Shown: positions 11,014 to 21,858, numbered from the stretch's first letter. The stretch: DNA of 64,000 bases from an uncultured Bdellovibrionales bacterium (GCA_964605525.1 CAZSCV010000002.1:5888-69887); one strand, 5' to 3'. Numbers and translations are program-made. The notes: a model not told the origin generated them from the letters alone.

Positions 11014-11655
11014 ATGGCAAAAATAACCATTCAGAATTTAAAAGGTGAAAAAGTCGGAGAGCTTGAACTTTCAGATAAGGTTTTTGGGTTGCCGGCTAAT
11101 GATAAATTGGTTCATCAAGTTTTTGTTTCTATGTCAGGAAATCGCAGACAAGTAATTGCCCATGCGAAAGACCGTGGAGAAAGAACTGGATCAGGAAGAA
11201 AGCCTTGGAAACAAAAAGGAACCGGGCGAGCACGATCAGGAAGTGTAAGAAGTCCTCTTTGGCGAGGCGGAGGAGTAACTTTCGGTCCTACGAAGGATAG
11301 AAATTTCAAGACAAAGATCAACAAGAAAGTGAATCAGAAAGCGATTATGACTGTTCTTAGTGGAAAAGTTGCTGATAATTCCTTGATTGTTTTGGATGAA
11401 TTGGCATTGTCTGATAAAAAAACCAAACAAGCCGCTGCCGGATTGAAGAAGCTTGGAATGAAAGGAAATATTTTAATAGGATTTTCAGAAAAAGAACAGG
11501 ATTTCAGATTGTATTTTCGAAATATTGAAGGAGTATCAAGTCTTCCTGTAGACGGATTGAATGTATTTGATATGCTTTCTCGAAAAAATTTGATTGTAAG
11601 TAAGGATTCTGTGAAATATTTGGAGAAAAAATATTCAAAAGAAGAAATTAATTAA
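11014..11655 (+). CDS. rplD: 50S ribosomal protein L4
   Basis: KPWKQKGTGRARSGS, SPLWRGGGVTFGP. Confidence 0.98.
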   Translation: MAKITIQNLKGEKVGELELSDKVFGLPANDKLVHQVFVSMSGNRRQVIAHAKDRGERTGSGRKPWKQKGTGRARSGSVRSPLWRGGGVTFGPTKDRNFKTKINKKVNQKAIMTVLSGKVADNSLIVLDELALSDKKTKQAAAGLKKLGMKGNILIGFSEKEQDFRLYFRNIEGVSSLPVDGLNVFDMLSRKNLIVSKDSVKYLEKKYSKEEIN

Positions 11656-11664
11656 AGAAAAATT

Positions 11665-12066
11665 ATGGTTTTATCTGAAGATATTAAAAATGATGAGAAG
11701 AAGAAAGCTGTTGCCGAAGGGAAGAAGTCTGATTTGAAGGTGAAAAGCGTAAAATTGGAAGAAGAAAGTAAAGATGGCGGATATTTGGCTTATCGTCATT
11801 TGATCCAGCCCTGGATTACAGAAAAATCCCACGCTCAAATGGCTTCGAATAAATATATTTTCAAGGTTTTAAAAGATTCAGATAAGAAAAAGGTGGCGAT
11901 GGCAGTAGAAACTTTATACGGAGTTAATGTTATTGCTGTCAATATGGTTAACATTCCAGCTAAGAACAGAAGATATGGGAAAAGTGTTGGCAAAAAAGCC
12001 GGATTCAAAAAGGCAATAGTGTCATTAAAAGAAGGCGACAGGATTGAGATTTTTGAAGGAGCATAA
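11665..12066 (+). CDS. rplW: 50S ribosomal protein L23 (N-terminally extended)
   Basis: PWITEKS, KKAIVSLKEG; follows rplD. Confidence 0.95.
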   Translation: MVLSEDIKNDEKKKAVAEGKKSDLKVKSVKLEEESKDGGYLAYRHLIQPWITEKSHAQMASNKYIFKVLKDSDKKKVAMAVETLYGVNVIAVNMVNIPAKNRRYGKSVGKKAGFKKAIVSLKEGDRIEIFEGA

Positions 12067-12097
12067 TATTAAAAATTATTAATTTAAGAGTTAAAAT

Positions 12098-12439
12098 ATG
12101 TCACGAAGTTTAAAAAAAGGGCCTTATGTGGATGAAAGGATTCTGAAAAAGGTTTCCAATCGGCCAGCAGGGGATAATTCAAAAATAAAGACATGGTCAA
12201 GATCATGTACAGTTATCCCGGAAATGGTTGGTATTACGTTTGAAATCCATAATGGCAAGGTTTTTGTTCCCGTTTTTATCACCGAAGATATGGTGGGGCA
12301 TAAACTTGGCGAGTTTGCACCGACAAGAACGTTCTTCCGACATGGAGGAAAGATGCAGAAAGAGCAAGAGCTTGCTGCAAAGCAAAAAGAAATTGATGCA
12401 GCCAAAGCTTCAAAAGTCGACACTACTAAGAAAAAATAA
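12098..12439 (+). CDS. rpsS: 30S ribosomal protein S19
   Basis: [30 protein letters not shown]. Confidence 0.98.
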   Translation: MSRSLKKGPYVDERILKKVSNRPAGDNSKIKTWSRSCTVIPEMVGITFEIHNGKVFVPVFITEDMVGHKLGEFAPTRTFFRHGGKMQKEQELAAKQKEIDAAKASKVDTTKKK

Positions 12440-12474
12440 GACGTAAAGTATAAGAATCAATATACACAAACCCA

Positions 12475-13062
12475 ATGAAAGTTAACGTAAAATTGAAAAA
12501 TTTAAGAATATCTCCAAGAAAGGTCCGATTGACCGTTGATTTGGTAAAGGGAATGGAAGTTAATGACGCCCTGGATCAGATAAATGCCAACGTAAAACGT
12601 GCCAATGACCCGTTAGCGAAGTTGATTATGAGCGCTGTCGCCAGTGCTGAAAATGATTTCGGTCTGGATAGGGGCAATTTATATATTTCCGATATTCGAG
12701 TAGATGCAGGATTGACCTTGAAAAGATGGATGCCAAGAGCGTATGGAAGAGCTACTCAAATTTTAAAAAGAAGTTCCCAGGTGAGCCTTACTTTAGATGA
12801 AATTGTTGAAGGAAAAAATAGAAAATCCAAAGAACAAATTGAAAAAGAAAAAAAGGCGCGAGAAGATGCCCGAAAAAAGGAAGAAAAAGAGATGAAAAAG
12901 CAAATGACCGAAGGAACAAAAGAAACAAGCGAAAAAATTGATGATAAAAAGGAGGCTGTTCCAGCTGAAGCAAAAAAAGAACATCATGAGATTGAAGGAA
13001 AAAGAAAAGAAAGCCGACAATCAGGATGGACAAATAAAATATTCAGAAGAAAATCATCATAA
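12475..13062 (+). CDS. rplV: 50S ribosomal protein L22 with long charged C-terminal tail
   Basis: RISPRKVRL, LKRWMPRAYGRA. Confidence 0.97.
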   Translation: MKVNVKLKNLRISPRKVRLTVDLVKGMEVNDALDQINANVKRANDPLAKLIMSAVASAENDFGLDRGNLYISDIRVDAGLTLKRWMPRAYGRATQILKRSSQVSLTLDEIVEGKNRKSKEQIEKEKKAREDARKKEEKEMKKQMTEGTKETSEKIDDKKEAVPAEAKKEHHEIEGKRKESRQSGWTNKIFRRKSS

Positions 13063-13133
13063 GTCCCATTGGTTCTAAATATTCAAAGAAATGAAGCGAT
13101 AGAGCGAGTATAACGATTATAACAAGCATAAAT

Positions 13134-13961
13134 ATGGCAATTAAAGTCTACAAACGAAATACAGCAGGGCGAAGAAATATGTCAATCGTAAAGCCCGATA
13201 ATCTTACCGATAAAAAACCGGAAAAGTCTTTATTGGCGAAAAAAAGCAAGAAATCAGGAAGATCTCACGGAAAGATTTCTGTTCGGCATATGGGTGGAGG
13301 ACACAAGCAAAAATATCGTATTATTGATTTTAAGCAAGGCAAGATTGGAATTCCTGGACGGGTTGACGCAATTGAAAAAGATCCAAACAGAAGCGCATTG
13401 ATTGCTTTGATTGTGTATAAGGATGGAGAAAAACGTTATGTTATCGCAACTGAAAATATGAAGAAAGGGCAGGAGATAATTACTGATGAAAATGCTCCTT
13501 TGAAAGAAGGTAATCGGTTGAAATTAAAAAACATTCTTCCTGGAACGGTTATTTCCAATATTGAAATGATTCCCGGAAAGGGAAGTCAGATGGTTAGAAG
13601 TGCTGGTAGTGAAGCAACCTTGATGGGTGTTGATAATGATATGGCACAGATTAAGCTTTCTTCCGGTGAAATAAGATTGATTAATAAAGAATGTTATGCA
13701 ACAATAGGAAAGGTTAGTAATTTTGAGCATAATGCAATTAGGATAGGAAAAGCCGGAAAGAGCAGATGGTTAGGAAAAAGACCAGCAGTAAGAGGTAGCG
13801 CGATGAATCCAGTTGATCATCCTCATGGAGGAGGAGAAGGTCGACAAGGAATCGGACTCAAATATCCGAAAACTCCTTGGGGAAAACCAGCACTGGGAAA
13901 GAAAACTCGAAAACAGAAGAAGCATAGCAGTAAGTATATAATTAAACGAAGGAAGAAATAA
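13134..13961 (+). CDS. rplB: 50S ribosomal protein L2
   Basis: [37 protein letters not shown]. Confidence 0.99.
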   Translation: MAIKVYKRNTAGRRNMSIVKPDNLTDKKPEKSLLAKKSKKSGRSHGKISVRHMGGGHKQKYRIIDFKQGKIGIPGRVDAIEKDPNRSALIALIVYKDGEKRYVIATENMKKGQEIITDENAPLKEGNRLKLKNILPGTVISNIEMIPGKGSQMVRSAGSEATLMGVDNDMAQIKLSSGEIRLINKECYATIGKVSNFEHNAIRIGKAGKSRWLGKRPAVRGSAMNPVDHPHGGGEGRQGIGLKYPKTPWGKPALGKKTRKQKKHSSKYIIKRRKK

Positions 13962-13981
13962 ATAAGGATTTATATATTATT

Positions 13982-14623
13982 ATGGGAAAAAAAGTTAATC
14001 CAATAGCAATAAGACTGGGTATTACCACTTCTTGGAAATCAAAATGGTTTGGCGGAAGAAATTTTGCTAAAAATTTACAAGAAGATGTCCGAATTCGAGA
14101 AGCGATAATGAGCCACTGGAAATCAGCTGCGATTGCCGATGTCAGTATTGAGCGAAGATCTGGAATGACCAAGGTTATTATCCTTACTTCCCGTCCCGGA
14201 ATGTTGATTGGACGCGGAGGAACCGGAATCGAAGATATCAATCGTTTGATTAAAAATAAGTTTTTTGCCGGAAAGAAGATCGATCTTAAGGTTGAGGTGA
14301 AGGAAATTCGACAATTTGAAGAAAATGCGCAGTTGGTTGCCCAGCAAGTTGCAGAGCAATTGGAAAAAAGAATGCCATTTCGCCGAGTTTTGAAATCAAC
14401 ATTGGAGCAAGTTCAGAAAAATAATAAAATTAAAGGAGTAAAAATTGAAGTTTCAGGAAGGTTGGGAGGAGCGGAAATGTCCAGACGGGAATGGCTTGCA
14501 AAAGGGACCATACCATTGCATACTCTTCGAGCGGATATTGATTTTTCCCGGGCGACTGCCAGAACTACCTATGGAGCAATTGGAGTAAAAGTTTGGATAT
14601 ATAAAGGAGAAGTTTTTGAGTAG
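13982..14623 (+). CDS. rpsC: 30S ribosomal protein S3
   Basis: MGKKVNP, RPGMLIGRGG, PLHTLRADID, GVKVWIYKGE. Confidence 0.99.
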   Translation: MGKKVNPIAIRLGITTSWKSKWFGGRNFAKNLQEDVRIREAIMSHWKSAAIADVSIERRSGMTKVIILTSRPGMLIGRGGTGIEDINRLIKNKFFAGKKIDLKVEVKEIRQFEENAQLVAQQVAEQLEKRMPFRRVLKSTLEQVQKNNKIKGVKIEVSGRLGGAEMSRREWLAKGTIPLHTLRADIDFSRATARTTYGAIGVKVWIYKGEVFE

Positions 14624-14715
14624 TAGATGTTGTAATGTTTGAAGTCGTTTGAAATATCGATTAGAACGAGCAAAACAATATAACGCATAAAACAGTTTTT
14701 AACGTATATATTATT

Positions 14716-15129
14716 ATGTTGATGATGCCAAGAAAAGTTAAGCACCGAAAGATACACCGGGGAGGAGCAATCAAGGGATTGGCTACCCGCGGAGGCAGTG
14801 TTAGCTATGGAAAATTTGGATTGAAGGCTTTGAGCAGTGGATTGATTTCTGCCCGCCAGATTGAATCAGCCCGGCGTGCAATGACCAGATATGTTCAAAG
14901 AGGAGGAAAAATTTGGATCAGAATTTTCCCGAGCAAACCGATGACAAAAAAAGGGGATGAAACTCCTATGGGAAAAGGAAAGGGAAGTGTTGATCATTTT
15001 GTTTCCAAAGTCAGAGCGGGAAGAGTGATGTTTGAGATGGACGGAGTGGAAAAGGATATTGCAAAGAAAGCAATGAAATTGGCCGCATATAAATTGAGTA
15101 TTAAAACCAAATTTGTTGAAAGAGATTAA
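14716..15129 (+). CDS. rplP: 50S ribosomal protein L16
   Basis: RQIESARRAM, GKIWIRIFP, MGKGKG. Confidence 0.98.
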   Translation: MLMMPRKVKHRKIHRGGAIKGLATRGGSVSYGKFGLKALSSGLISARQIESARRAMTRYVQRGGKIWIRIFPSKPMTKKGDETPMGKGKGSVDHFVSKVRAGRVMFEMDGVEKDIAKKAMKLAAYKLSIKTKFVERD

Positions 15130-15151
15130 TATTTTGTAAAGCTGAAAAAAT

Positions 15152-15343
15152 ATGAAGATTAACGATATTAAAGAAAAAAATTCAAAGGAACTCGAAAAAC
15201 TTTTAGCTGAAAAGCGAAGTGAGGTTCAAAAACTGCGTTTTGATATTTTTTCCAAGCAGGCAAAAAATCACAAGAAATATTCCAATTGCAGAAGAGATAT
15301 TGCTCAGATTTTAACAGTTTTAAATAGCAGTAAATCAGAATAA
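15152..15343 (+). CDS. rpmC: 50S ribosomal protein L29
   Basis: LRF...RRDIAQILT; operon position. Confidence 0.93.
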   Translation: MKINDIKEKNSKELEKLLAEKRSEVQKLRFDIFSKQAKNHKKYSNCRRDIAQILTVLNSSKSE

Positions 15344-15356
15344 CATTATAAATAAT

Positions 15357-15623
15357 ATGGCGAAAGTTATTGATAAACAAATTAATGATTCAAAGGATCC
15401 GATAAAAGGTATTATTACCGGCGTTGTTTTGAGTGATAAGATGGATAAAACGATTGTTGTTGCGGTTAATACACTGAAAACTCACCCCAAATATTTGAAA
15501 AAGTATCGATCAACGAAGAAATATAAAGTGCATGATGAAAAGAATGAGAAAAAAATTGGAGATACTGTTAAGTTTGTCGCATGCCGTCCGATGAGTGGCG
15601 GAAAAAAATTTCAAATTCTCTAA
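15357..15623 (+). CDS. rpsQ: 30S ribosomal protein S17
   Basis: SDKMDKTIVV, HPKYLK, HDE, CRPMS. Confidence 0.97.
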   Translation: MAKVIDKQINDSKDPIKGIITGVVLSDKMDKTIVVAVNTLKTHPKYLKKYRSTKKYKVHDEKNEKKIGDTVKFVACRPMSGGKKFQIL

Positions 15624-15654
15624 GTTTATTTAGCAAGAATAAGTATAATTTATT

Positions 15655-16020
15655 ATGATACAATCAGAAACAAAATTGAAGGTAGCCGATAATTCAGGTG
15701 CGAAAGTCATCGAATGTTTTAAGGTTTTGGGCGGAAGCCGAAGGCGTTATGCTTATGTCGGAGATGTGATTGTGGCATCCGTAAAATCTTCCGAACCGAG
15801 AGGTAGTGTGAAAAAAGGAGACAAGGTCAAGGCTCTTATTGTAAGACAAAAACAGGCGTTGCGAAGAAAAGACGGATCACATATTAGATTTGATGAAAAT
15901 GCGGCGGTTATAGTTGATGGAATTGAGCCAAAGGGTACGCGTGTTTTTGGTCCGATTGCCCGGGAAGTGAAGGAAAAGGGATTTAATAAAATAGCTTCAT
16001 TAGCACCAGAAGTATTGTAA
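15655..16020 (+). CDS. rplN: 50S ribosomal protein L14
   Basis: [24 protein letters not shown]. Confidence 0.99.
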   Translation: MIQSETKLKVADNSGAKVIECFKVLGGSRRRYAYVGDVIVASVKSSEPRGSVKKGDKVKALIVRQKQALRRKDGSHIRFDENAAVIVDGIEPKGTRVFGPIAREVKEKGFNKIASLAPEVL

Positions 16021-16043
16021 ATTATTGTAAGTATTAGAATATT

Positions 16044-16352
16044 ATGAAAATTAAAAAAGGCGACAAAGTTCAAATAATTTCCGGAAAGGACAAAGGAAAA
16101 AAAGGCGTTGTTTTGCGCGCTGTTCCGAGTTTGGGAAAAGTTGTTGTTGAAGGATTGAATATAGTTAAAAAACATTCCCGACCGAAAAAAGAAGGAGAAA
16201 AGGGGCAAAGAGTTGAAATTCCTGTTCCAATCCAAATTTCCAATGTTATGCTGGTTTGCCCGAAGTGCGGAAAATCAACGAGGGTTGAATATAAATTGAC
16301 AGATGATAGTAAATTGAGAATATGTAAGAAATGTAAGGAAGAAATCCAATGA
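16044..16352 (+). CDS. rplX: 50S ribosomal protein L24
   Basis: KKGDKVQIISGKDKGK, VEGLNIVKKH; two CxxC pairs. Confidence 0.98.
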   Translation: MKIKKGDKVQIISGKDKGKKGVVLRAVPSLGKVVVEGLNIVKKHSRPKKEGEKGQRVEIPVPIQISNVMLVCPKCGKSTRVEYKLTDDSKLRICKKCKEEIQ

Positions 16353-16897
16353 AAATAACATCACTTAAAACTAAATATGGAGAGATAATTCCTGAATTAA
16401 AAAAAGAATTCGGACGTTCCAATATTATGGCGGTTGCGAAAATTCAGAAAGTTGTTGTTAATGTCGGAATCGGGAAGATAAATAAGGAAGCCGAGAAGAT
16501 TGAAGAATTGGTTAAGATTTTGGAAACAATAACTGGACAAAAACCAGTAAAAACCCGAGCAAAAAATTCAATCGCCAGTTTCAAGACAAGAAAAGGAATG
16601 GAAATCGGAGTTAAGGTTACTTTACGAGGAGAAAGAATGTGGAGTTTTTTAGACAGATTGGTAAATGTGGCATTTCCTAGAACGCGAGATTTTCAAGGAA
16701 TTAAGATAAGCGGCGTTGATGATCATGGAGATTTCAGTATCGGACTCAAGGAGCATCTCGTTTTTCCGGAAATTTCAGCGGAAAAAACCAAAAATTTGTT
16801 CGGAATGCAGATTAGTATTCAGACAACAGCCAAAACGAAAAAAGAAGGGGAAAGATTGTTCCAGTTGCTAAAATTTCCATTTAAAAAAGAGCAGTAA
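16349..16897 (+). CDS. rplE: 50S ribosomal protein L5
   Basis: KVVVNVGIG, ITGQKP, GVKVTLRG, PRTRDFQG. Confidence 0.98.
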   Translation: MKITSLKTKYGEIIPELKKEFGRSNIMAVAKIQKVVVNVGIGKINKEAEKIEELVKILETITGQKPVKTRAKNSIASFKTRKGMEIGVKVTLRGERMWSFLDRLVNVAFPRTRDFQGIKISGVDDHGDFSIGLKEHLVFPEISAEKTKNLFGMQISIQTTAKTKKEGERLFQLLKFPFKKEQ

Positions 16898-16935
16898 TAA
16901 TTTTTTCAATAATTAAGGAAGTATAAGATAAAAAA

Positions 16936-17121
16936 ATGGCAAAAAAATCGACAGAAGCAAGAGCAAATAAGAAACCTAAATTTTCCACCAGAGAGGTGCG
17001 GCGTTGTTGGAAGTGCGGAAGAAAACATGGATATTTGAGGAAATTCGATATTTGCCGAATTTGTTTTCGGGAATTGGCAAGCAAAGGAGAGATTCCGGGA
17101 GTTACAAAGAGCAGCTGGTAA
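16936..17121 (+). CDS. rpsN: 30S ribosomal protein S14 (zinc-binding type Z)
   Basis: RCWKCGR...[20 protein letters not shown]. Confidence 0.98.
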   Translation: MAKKSTEARANKKPKFSTREVRRCWKCGRKHGYLRKFDICRICFRELASKGEIPGVTKSSW

Positions 17122-17214
17122 TATAAAGTTATAAATGTTAAATACGTTCAAGGCGTTCAATTCGTGAGAATCGATAGAACGATTAGGACAATATAGAACG
17201 ATTAGAAAAAATTT

Positions 17215-17625
17215 ATGTTAGATCCAATTAGCGACATGTTAACAAGAATTAGAAATGCCCAGGTAGCCAAGCACCGGGTTGTAAAGATGCCTTTTTCAAA
17301 GGTTAAGCTTGCTGTTGCAAAAATATTAAGGGAAGAAGGTTTTGTTGATGCGGTTGAGAGGGTAAAAACTGAAAAGAAAATTGATTTTATCGAAATATCC
17401 CTAAAATATGATTTTGACAGAGAAAAAAATTCCAAAGTTCCTGTGATAAGCGGAATCAAGCGGGTGAGCAAGGAAGGGCAGCGGATTTATGTGAAAAAAG
17501 GAGAAATTCGAAAAGTGAAAAATGGTTTGGGAATTTCAATTGTTTCAACCTCAAAAGGTGTTGTTACGGGAGAAAATGCCAGAAAAGGAGGATTAGGCGG
17601 AGAATTAATTTGTGAAGTTTGGTAG
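17215..17625 (+). CDS. rpsH: 30S ribosomal protein S8
   Basis: DPISDMLTRIRNA, STSKGV, GGELICEVW. Confidence 0.98.
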   Translation: MLDPISDMLTRIRNAQVAKHRVVKMPFSKVKLAVAKILREEGFVDAVERVKTEKKIDFIEISLKYDFDREKNSKVPVISGIKRVSKEGQRIYVKKGEIRKVKNGLGISIVSTSKGVVTGENARKGGLGGELICEVW

Positions 17626-17667
17626 ATAATACGGGACAAATAAGTCCAATAAGACATATCTAAAAAT

Positions 17668-18207
17668 ATGAGCAGAATAGGCAAAAAACCAGTTGAAATA
17701 GTTTCAGGAGTCGAAGTTAAGGTCGAATCCAATATTGTTTCAGTAAAAGGTCCAAAAGGAAATTTGGAGTTTGTTTTCCGTCCGGAAGTTATTGTCAAAG
17801 TTGAAGAAAATATGGTTAAAGTTGAAAAGAAAACCAATTCGAAACTTGGGGCTTCTTTGTGGGGGACAACCAGCCGGATTATTGAAAATATGGTAAAGGG
17901 TGTTTCAGAAGGATTTGAAAAAAAACTTGAGCTGAACGGAGTTGGATATAGAATGGAAGTGCAAGGAAAGAAAATGAAATTGGCTCTTGGTTTTTCTCAT
18001 CCGGTAGAAGTTGAGATTCCCGAAGGAATTAGTGCCGTTGTTGAGAAAAATACATTGACTATTTCTGGAATTGACAAGCAGAAAGTCGGACAATTTGCGA
18101 CTGACATCCGTTTCCTCAAGCCAGTTGAACCGTATAAGGGCAAAGGATTTAAATATACCAATGAGATTGTTAGGCGCAAGGAAGGAAAGAAAGCGTCATC
18201 CAATTAA
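17668..18207 (+). CDS. rplF: 50S ribosomal protein L6
   Basis: MSRIGKKP, LGFSHPV, EPYKGKG, RRKEGK. Confidence 0.99.
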   Translation: MSRIGKKPVEIVSGVEVKVESNIVSVKGPKGNLEFVFRPEVIVKVEENMVKVEKKTNSKLGASLWGTTSRIIENMVKGVSEGFEKKLELNGVGYRMEVQGKKMKLALGFSHPVEVEIPEGISAVVEKNTLTISGIDKQKVGQFATDIRFLKPVEPYKGKGFKYTNEIVRRKEGKKASSN

Positions 18208-18292
18208 AATTTAATAGTCGTTAGTTTGTAGTTGCACTGTCTATCAAAAACGTGATGGGTTGGTGAAACTGGCAACGATTGAAGTTGAGAAT

Positions 18293-18643
18293 ATGAACAA
18301 TAAAATAACCTTAAGATACCAAAGAGGAAAGCGAGTAAGATCGAAAATTTCCGGAACAGCTGAAAAGCCGAGGATTTCGGTTTTTCGAAGCTTGCGCGGG
18401 GTTTATGCTCAGGCAATTGATGATGTAAGTGGAAAAACCGTAGCTGCATCCAGTTGGAAAGAAGCTTTGAAAAAAACCAAGAAGAATGATATCGAGAGAG
18501 CAAAGGAAGTTGGAAAGATGCTTGCGGAAAAATGCGCGAAATTGAAAATAAAAAAAGCGGTTTTTGATCGGAACGGATATAAATATCATGGAAAAATAAA
18601 GGCAATGGCTGAAGGAGCGCGCGAAGGCGGATTAGAATTTTAA
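18293..18643 (+). CDS. rplR: 50S ribosomal protein L18
   Basis: PRISVFRS, FDRNGYKYHG, AREGGLEF. Confidence 0.97.
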   Translation: MNNKITLRYQRGKRVRSKISGTAEKPRISVFRSLRGVYAQAIDDVSGKTVAASSWKEALKKTKKNDIERAKEVGKMLAEKCAKLKIKKAVFDRNGYKYHGKIKAMAEGAREGGLEF

Positions 18644-18686
18644 TTTATTTTTGTATTCAATAAAGTTAAGACAATTAATTATAATT

Positions 18687-19202
18687 ATGGAGAATAATAA
18701 GGAAAAAAGAGGCAATAAATTCAGCAAAAGACCAAGAAGGGAAAAACCTGAATTCGAACAAAAACTTTTGGATTTGGCAAGAGTCACCCGCGTTGTAAAA
18801 GGAGGGCGACGTTTTCGCTTTCGCGCTACTTTGGTTATTGGCGATAGAAAAGGAAGGGTGGGTGTTGGAGTGGCAAAAGGTGCGGATGTTTCTGATGCGA
18901 TTGCTAAAGCGCTTAATGATGCTAAAAAAGAAGTTATTAATGTTCAATTGGTTGAAGGAACGCTCCCACATGATGTTTTCTTTAAACAGGGAAGTGCCAA
19001 GGTGCTTTTGAAGCCAGCCTCAAAAGGGCGCGGAGTTGTTGCCGGAGGAGCGGTACGGGCGGTTATGGAATTGGCCGGAGTGAGCGATGTGGTGTCGAAA
19101 TCATTGGGAACTTCAAATAAGTTGAATGTGGCGCGAGCTGCTATTGAAGCCTTGAAGCAATTGCGAAAGGTTCCGATGAGAAAAATATCCGCGAAGAAAT
19201 AA
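18687..19202 (+). CDS. rpsE: 30S ribosomal protein S5
   Basis: RVTRVVKGGRRFRF, GVVAGGAVRAV. Confidence 0.98.
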   Translation: MENNKEKRGNKFSKRPRREKPEFEQKLLDLARVTRVVKGGRRFRFRATLVIGDRKGRVGVGVAKGADVSDAIAKALNDAKKEVINVQLVEGTLPHDVFFKQGSAKVLLKPASKGRGVVAGGAVRAVMELAGVSDVVSKSLGTSNKLNVARAAIEALKQLRKVPMRKISAKK

Positions 19203-19247
19203 ATTTTTATTAAATAGAATTCTTAGAATTTTGTAAAACTTAAAGCC

Positions 19248-19823
19248 ATGCAAATACACGAATTAAAAGTTAAGAGCAAGAAAAATCGAAAACGAATTGG
19301 ACGCGGAGGAAAAAGAGGAACATATTCCGGAAAAGGAAATAATGGTCAAAAAGCACGTTCAGGCGCTAAGAGAGATTATGTTTTTGAAGGAGGAAAGTCT
19401 TCTTTGGTTGACCGCTTGAAAAAAGTCCGTGGATTTAAGGCTATTTCGCCTAAGAAATTGGTTGTAAGTTTGGATATTTTGGAGAAAAGGTTCTCTGATG
19501 GGGAAACGGTTAATTTTGAAACTTTGGTAGTAAAAAAAGTTTTTCGAAAAAATGAAATTTCCAGCGGAGTAAAGATTTTGGGAACTGGAAAAATTACCAA
19601 GAAAATATCAGTAGATAAGGAAATTTTGACATCAGATTCAGCCAAAATTGCTATCGAAAAAGCCGGAGGAAAGGTTGTAGGGACCGCAAAAAGAGGAAGA
19701 GAAAGAAAAGCTGATATGATGCGAGATAAGAAGAAAGTGGAAAAAGTTGAGAAGGCTGAAGAGATTGAAAAAACTGAAAAGCCGAAAAAGAAAGAAGTGA
19801 AAAAGGCAGTTAGCAAAAAATAA
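19248..19823 (+). CDS. rplO: 50S ribosomal protein L15 with Lys/Glu-rich tail
   Basis: RIGRGG..GTYSGKG..GQKARSG, FEGG, KILGTG, IEKAGG. Confidence 0.97.
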   Translation: MQIHELKVKSKKNRKRIGRGGKRGTYSGKGNNGQKARSGAKRDYVFEGGKSSLVDRLKKVRGFKAISPKKLVVSLDILEKRFSDGETVNFETLVVKKVFRKNEISSGVKILGTGKITKKISVDKEILTSDSAKIAIEKAGGKVVGTAKRGRERKADMMRDKKKVEKVEKAEEIEKTEKPKKKEVKKAVSKK

Positions 19824-19842
19824 ACAATATTTTTTAAATATA

Positions 19843-19871
19843 AAAAATCCAGATCATAAATCTGGATTTTT
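19843..19871 (+). terminator. intrinsic terminator after rplO
   Basis: AAAAATCCAGAT-CATAA-ATCTGGATTTTT. Confidence 0.75.
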
Positions 19872-19883
19872 GCTTTTGCGCTA

Positions 19884-19912
19884 TTGACTTTTTGCTTTTT
19901 TGGGTGTATTAT
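19884..19912 (+). promoter_or_regulatory. sigma70-type promoter upstream of typA
   Basis: TTGACT-N17-TATTAT. Confidence 0.6.
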
Positions 19913-20076
19913 TATAAAGTTGCGTTTAAAACATATGCAATTGGTTTTTTTATGTCTAAAGCGCAGTTTTTAATTATAAAAAAAGTTAGTAACACATTAG
20001 AATTTTTATTATAAATATTCGTGTATTCGTATATTTGTATCCGCCGCCTGGCGGAGATTCGTAATATTCGTAAAAT

Positions 20077-21858
20077 ATGGAAATCAGAAACATTGCAATT
20101 ATTGCCCATGTGGATCATGGAAAAACAACCATTACCGATGCTATTTTGCGCCAAACTGGAATGGTTAGCGATGAAGGTGTCACGATGGATAGCAATGCCT
20201 TGGAGAAAGAAAGAGGGATCACGATTTATTCAAAAAATACATCCATCTTTTATAAGGATACGAAAATCAATATTGTGGATACACCCGGACATGCCGACTT
20301 TGGAAGTGAAGTGGAGCGCGTTTTGAGATCGATCGACAGCGTTGTTTTGGTGGTGGATGCGCAAGAAGGACCGATGCCACAGACGCGTTTTGTGCTTAAG
20401 AAATCCCTAGAATTGGGACTCAAGCCTATTGTAGTGCTTAATAAAATCGACAAGCCAGCCGCTCAGCCGGAAATTGCCAAGGAGCAAGTTTTCGAATTGT
20501 TTTTGGATTTGGGAGCCAGTGATGAACAATTGGAATTTACAACTGTGTATGCGATTGGAAGAGAAGGAATTGCGAAAATGAATTTGGAGGACGATTCAAA
20601 GGATTTAACCCCGCTTCTAGATACGATTTTAAAAGAAGTGGCACCGGCCAAATCGGACATTTCCGTTCCATTTCGAATGCAACCTTTTTCTTTGGGATAT
20701 GATAATTTCTTGGGACGCTTGGCGATTGGAAGGGTATATGAAGGAAAGGTGAAAAGCGGAGAGGTAATAATCAAAAAACCGGATGGAGAAACTCGCAAAG
20801 GGAAAATTATCAAGATTCAAACTTTCAAAGGATTGGTAAAAGAGGATGTTTCCGAGGCGATTGCCGGTGATATTGTGATGGTGGCGGGACTTCCGGATAT
20901 TTTTATCGGAGAAACAATTTGTGAAAATGAAGACCAGCAACCGCTTCCAGCGATCAAGGTTGATGAGCCAACGATTTCTTTGAATTTTATGGTTAATGAT
21001 TCTCCTTTTGCTGGACGCGAGGGAAAATTTGTGACAAATAAGCAAATTCGCGAGAGATTAGAAAAAGAACTTGAGGTAAATGTAGGACTTCGAATTGATT
21101 TTTCCTCCGATTCATATAAAGTTTACGGAAGAGGAGAATTGCATATTGCTGTGCTTCTTGAGAATATGCGTCGGGAAGGATTTGAAATTCAAGCTTCTCA
21201 GCCACAGGTTATTATCAAGGAAGATGGTGGGCAGAAAATGGAACCATTTGAAGAGGTAACCGTGGATGTTCCCGAGGCATTGTCTGGATCGGTGATTGAA
21301 AAAATTGGAAAACGGCAAGGAATAATGACAGAAATGAAACAGCGCAATGGACAAACGAGGATGATTTTTGCCGCTCCGACGAGAGGAATTTTGGGTTATC
21401 GAAGCCAGTTTATTGTTGATACGAAAGGTGAAGGAATTTTTTCCAGCCGGTTTTTGGAATTTCGTCCTTATGTCGGAGAAATTAAGAAGCGCAATGTTGG
21501 TTCAATGATTTCAATGATTGGCGGAAAAGCATTGGGATTTTCTTTGGCAAATCTTCAAGAGCGTGGAGTTTTGTATATTGGAGCGGGAACTGAAGTGTAT
21601 GAAGGGATGGTTATTGGCAATGTTTCCAAGGGGGAGGATATGTCGGTTAATCCAATCAAGGGAAAGCAACTTACGAATATGCGCGCCAGCGGTACGGATG
21701 ATGCAATTCAGCTTGTTCCTCCGACGAAATTGGATATTGAGAAGGGAATGGAATTGATGGCGGAAGATGAGTATTTGGAAGTGACCCCGCAAAGCGTCCG
21801 CCTGAGGAAACAATATTTGACTGAAAATGACAGAATAAGAGCAAAGAGGAAGAAATAA
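20077..21858 (+). CDS. typA: translational GTPase TypA/BipA
   Basis: [48 protein letters not shown]. Confidence 0.97.
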   Translation: MEIRNIAIIAHVDHGKTTITDAILRQTGMVSDEGVTMDSNALEKERGITIYSKNTSIFYKDTKINIVDTPGHADFGSEVERVLRSIDSVVLVVDAQEGPMPQTRFVLKKSLELGLKPIVVLNKIDKPAAQPEIAKEQVFELFLDLGASDEQLEFTTVYAIGREGIAKMNLEDDSKDLTPLLDTILKEVAPAKSDISVPFRMQPFSLGYDNFLGRLAIGRVYEGKVKSGEVIIKKPDGETRKGKIIKIQTFKGLVKEDVSEAIAGDIVMVAGLPDIFIGETICENEDQQPLPAIKVDEPTISLNFMVNDSPFAGREGKFVTNKQIRERLEKELEVNVGLRIDFSSDSYKVYGRGELHIAVLLENMRREGFEIQASQPQVIIKEDGGQKMEPFEEVTVDVPEALSGSVIEKIGKRQGIMTEMKQRNGQTRMIFAAPTRGILGYRSQFIVDTKGEGIFSSRFLEFRPYVGEIKKRNVGSMISMIGGKALGFSLANLQERGVLYIGAGTEVYEGMVIGNVSKGEDMSVNPIKGKQLTNMRASGTDDAIQLVPPTKLDIEKGMELMAEDEYLEVTPQSVRLRKQYLTENDRIRAKRKK

